Below, one piece after another: positions 63,162 to 64,000 of a stretch of DNA of 64,000 bases (the first letter of the stretch is position 1; every line of letters begins with the position of its first letter). This stretch comes from a virus. The notes beneath the pieces were generated by a model, which was given only the letters and a program-made list of their open reading frames with translations, did not search any database and was not told where the DNA came from. The position numbers and the translations under genes were made by a program. The DNA lies in the IMG/VR virus record IMGVR_UViG_3300002460_000021, positions 1 through 64,000 of that record; one strand, 5' to 3'.

Positions 63162-63299
63162 TCACTTCTTGTGGTAGCGCCAGAGCCACGCGATCGCCGC
63201 GAACGGAAGTACGACGATCTCGATGACGATTCCCAATAGCGTGTGCCACAAATCCTCTAGTGGCTGCAGCTCGGGATCGTGTCTTTGAGAATTGGGCAT
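63162..63299 (-). CDS. Small single-TM protein, 45 aa (MPNSQRHDPE...AWLWRYHKK)
   Basis: Manual translation; AAGGGA RBS. Confidence 0.45.
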   Translation of the reverse strand: MPNSQRHDPELQPLEDLWHTLLGIVIEIVVLPFAAIAWLWRYHKK

Positions 63300-64000
63300 G
63301 GATGTTTCCCTTAAATCGGCTTTCACTTCTGCAGGATGTAACGATTACACCCAGCTAACTGACATCCAGCGGCTGGAGTTATTCCAAAAGCTTGTGGCGC
63401 CAGAAAAACTCCCCACCTTAGTGCCCCTACTGCCTTTACTTTTGTCCTTGAAGGGTCGCCCCTATACCCTACAGAATCACTTTCCCTTTGAATCCTTATT
63501 TTCTACACATGTCCCTCATAAACTTGTTATCCGCTCTGGCCGACAAGTAGCGAAGTCTAGCTCGATCGCAGCGCGAGGTGTAGTCACGTGCGCGGCACGA
63601 CCTTATTTTAAAATGCTATACCTCACACCGTTACACGAGCAAATCTTGCGATTTTCAAATGACTATATACGACCATTATTAGAAGATTCTCCTATTCGTC
63701 GATTTATGTCGACACGCAATAGCACAGGATCAGTGTTGCGCCGCGCGTTTAGTAATCGTGCTGTTATGTACTTCTCGTACGCATTTCAATCCGTAGAACG
63801 CGTGCGCGGCCTCAGCCTAGATGCCGTTGCGGTGGACGAAGTGCAGGACCTGGATCCTAACCATCTGCCCGTCATTGAAGAAACCATGTCCGCGTCTGAA
63901 TACGGGCTATTCCAATATACCGGAACTAGTAAGACCAGGGACGGTACGCTAGAAGGCCTATGGATGAGTTCTAGCCAAGCCGAGTGGTGTATTCTTTGTC
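63298..64000 (+). CDS. terL: Terminase large subunit, N-terminal ATPase part (runs off the window)
   Basis: Manual translation: VIRSGRQVAKS (Walker A), LYLTP..EQ..RFS, RVRGLS, VAVDEVQD (Walker B), YTGTSKT. Confidence 0.88.
   Translation, partial: MDVSLKSAFTSAGCNDYTQLTDIQRLELFQKLVAPEKLPTLVPLLPLLLSLKGRPYTLQNHFPFESLFSTHVPHKLVIRSGRQVAKSSSIAARGVVTCAARPYFKMLYLTPLHEQILRFSNDYIRPLLEDSPIRRFMSTRNSTGSVLRRAFSNRAVMYFSYAFQSVERVRGLSLDAVAVDEVQDLDPNHLPVIEETMSASEYGLFQYTGTSKTRDGTLEGLWMSSSQAEWCILC

Overview
This window is a 64 kb segment of a large (jumbo-type) tailed phage genome. Almost every gene is on the minus strand; only csrA and the 5' part of the terminase large subunit are on plus. It carries a replication/recombination block: UDG-fused family A DNA polymerase, primase, DnaB-like and SF2 helicases, SbcCD, RecA-like, RuvC-like, DEDDh exonuclease and dUTPase. 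It also has a tubulin/FtsZ-family GTPase, a ParB-like protein, PhoH, CsrA, HldE with a GT9-like glycosyltransferase and a methyltransferase, a putative portal, two transposase-less RNA-guided elements (IsrB with omega-RNA; IS607-type TnpB) and a hairpin-rich ~0.85 kb non-coding region beside a degenerate Rep_1-like gene. Two patterns are not explained by ordinary annotation. (1) About 26 paralogous 40-86 aa Ser/Arg/Gly/Cys-rich microproteins plus one pseudogene sit in seven tandem clusters. Two clusters flank a single DUF6948-like gene and two are wedged between the replisome genes. (2) The 14-bp palindrome AATATCCGGATATT occurs 13 times exactly, plus one variant, often starting within a TAA stop codon. 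Family names come from motif recognition by eye, not from database searches.
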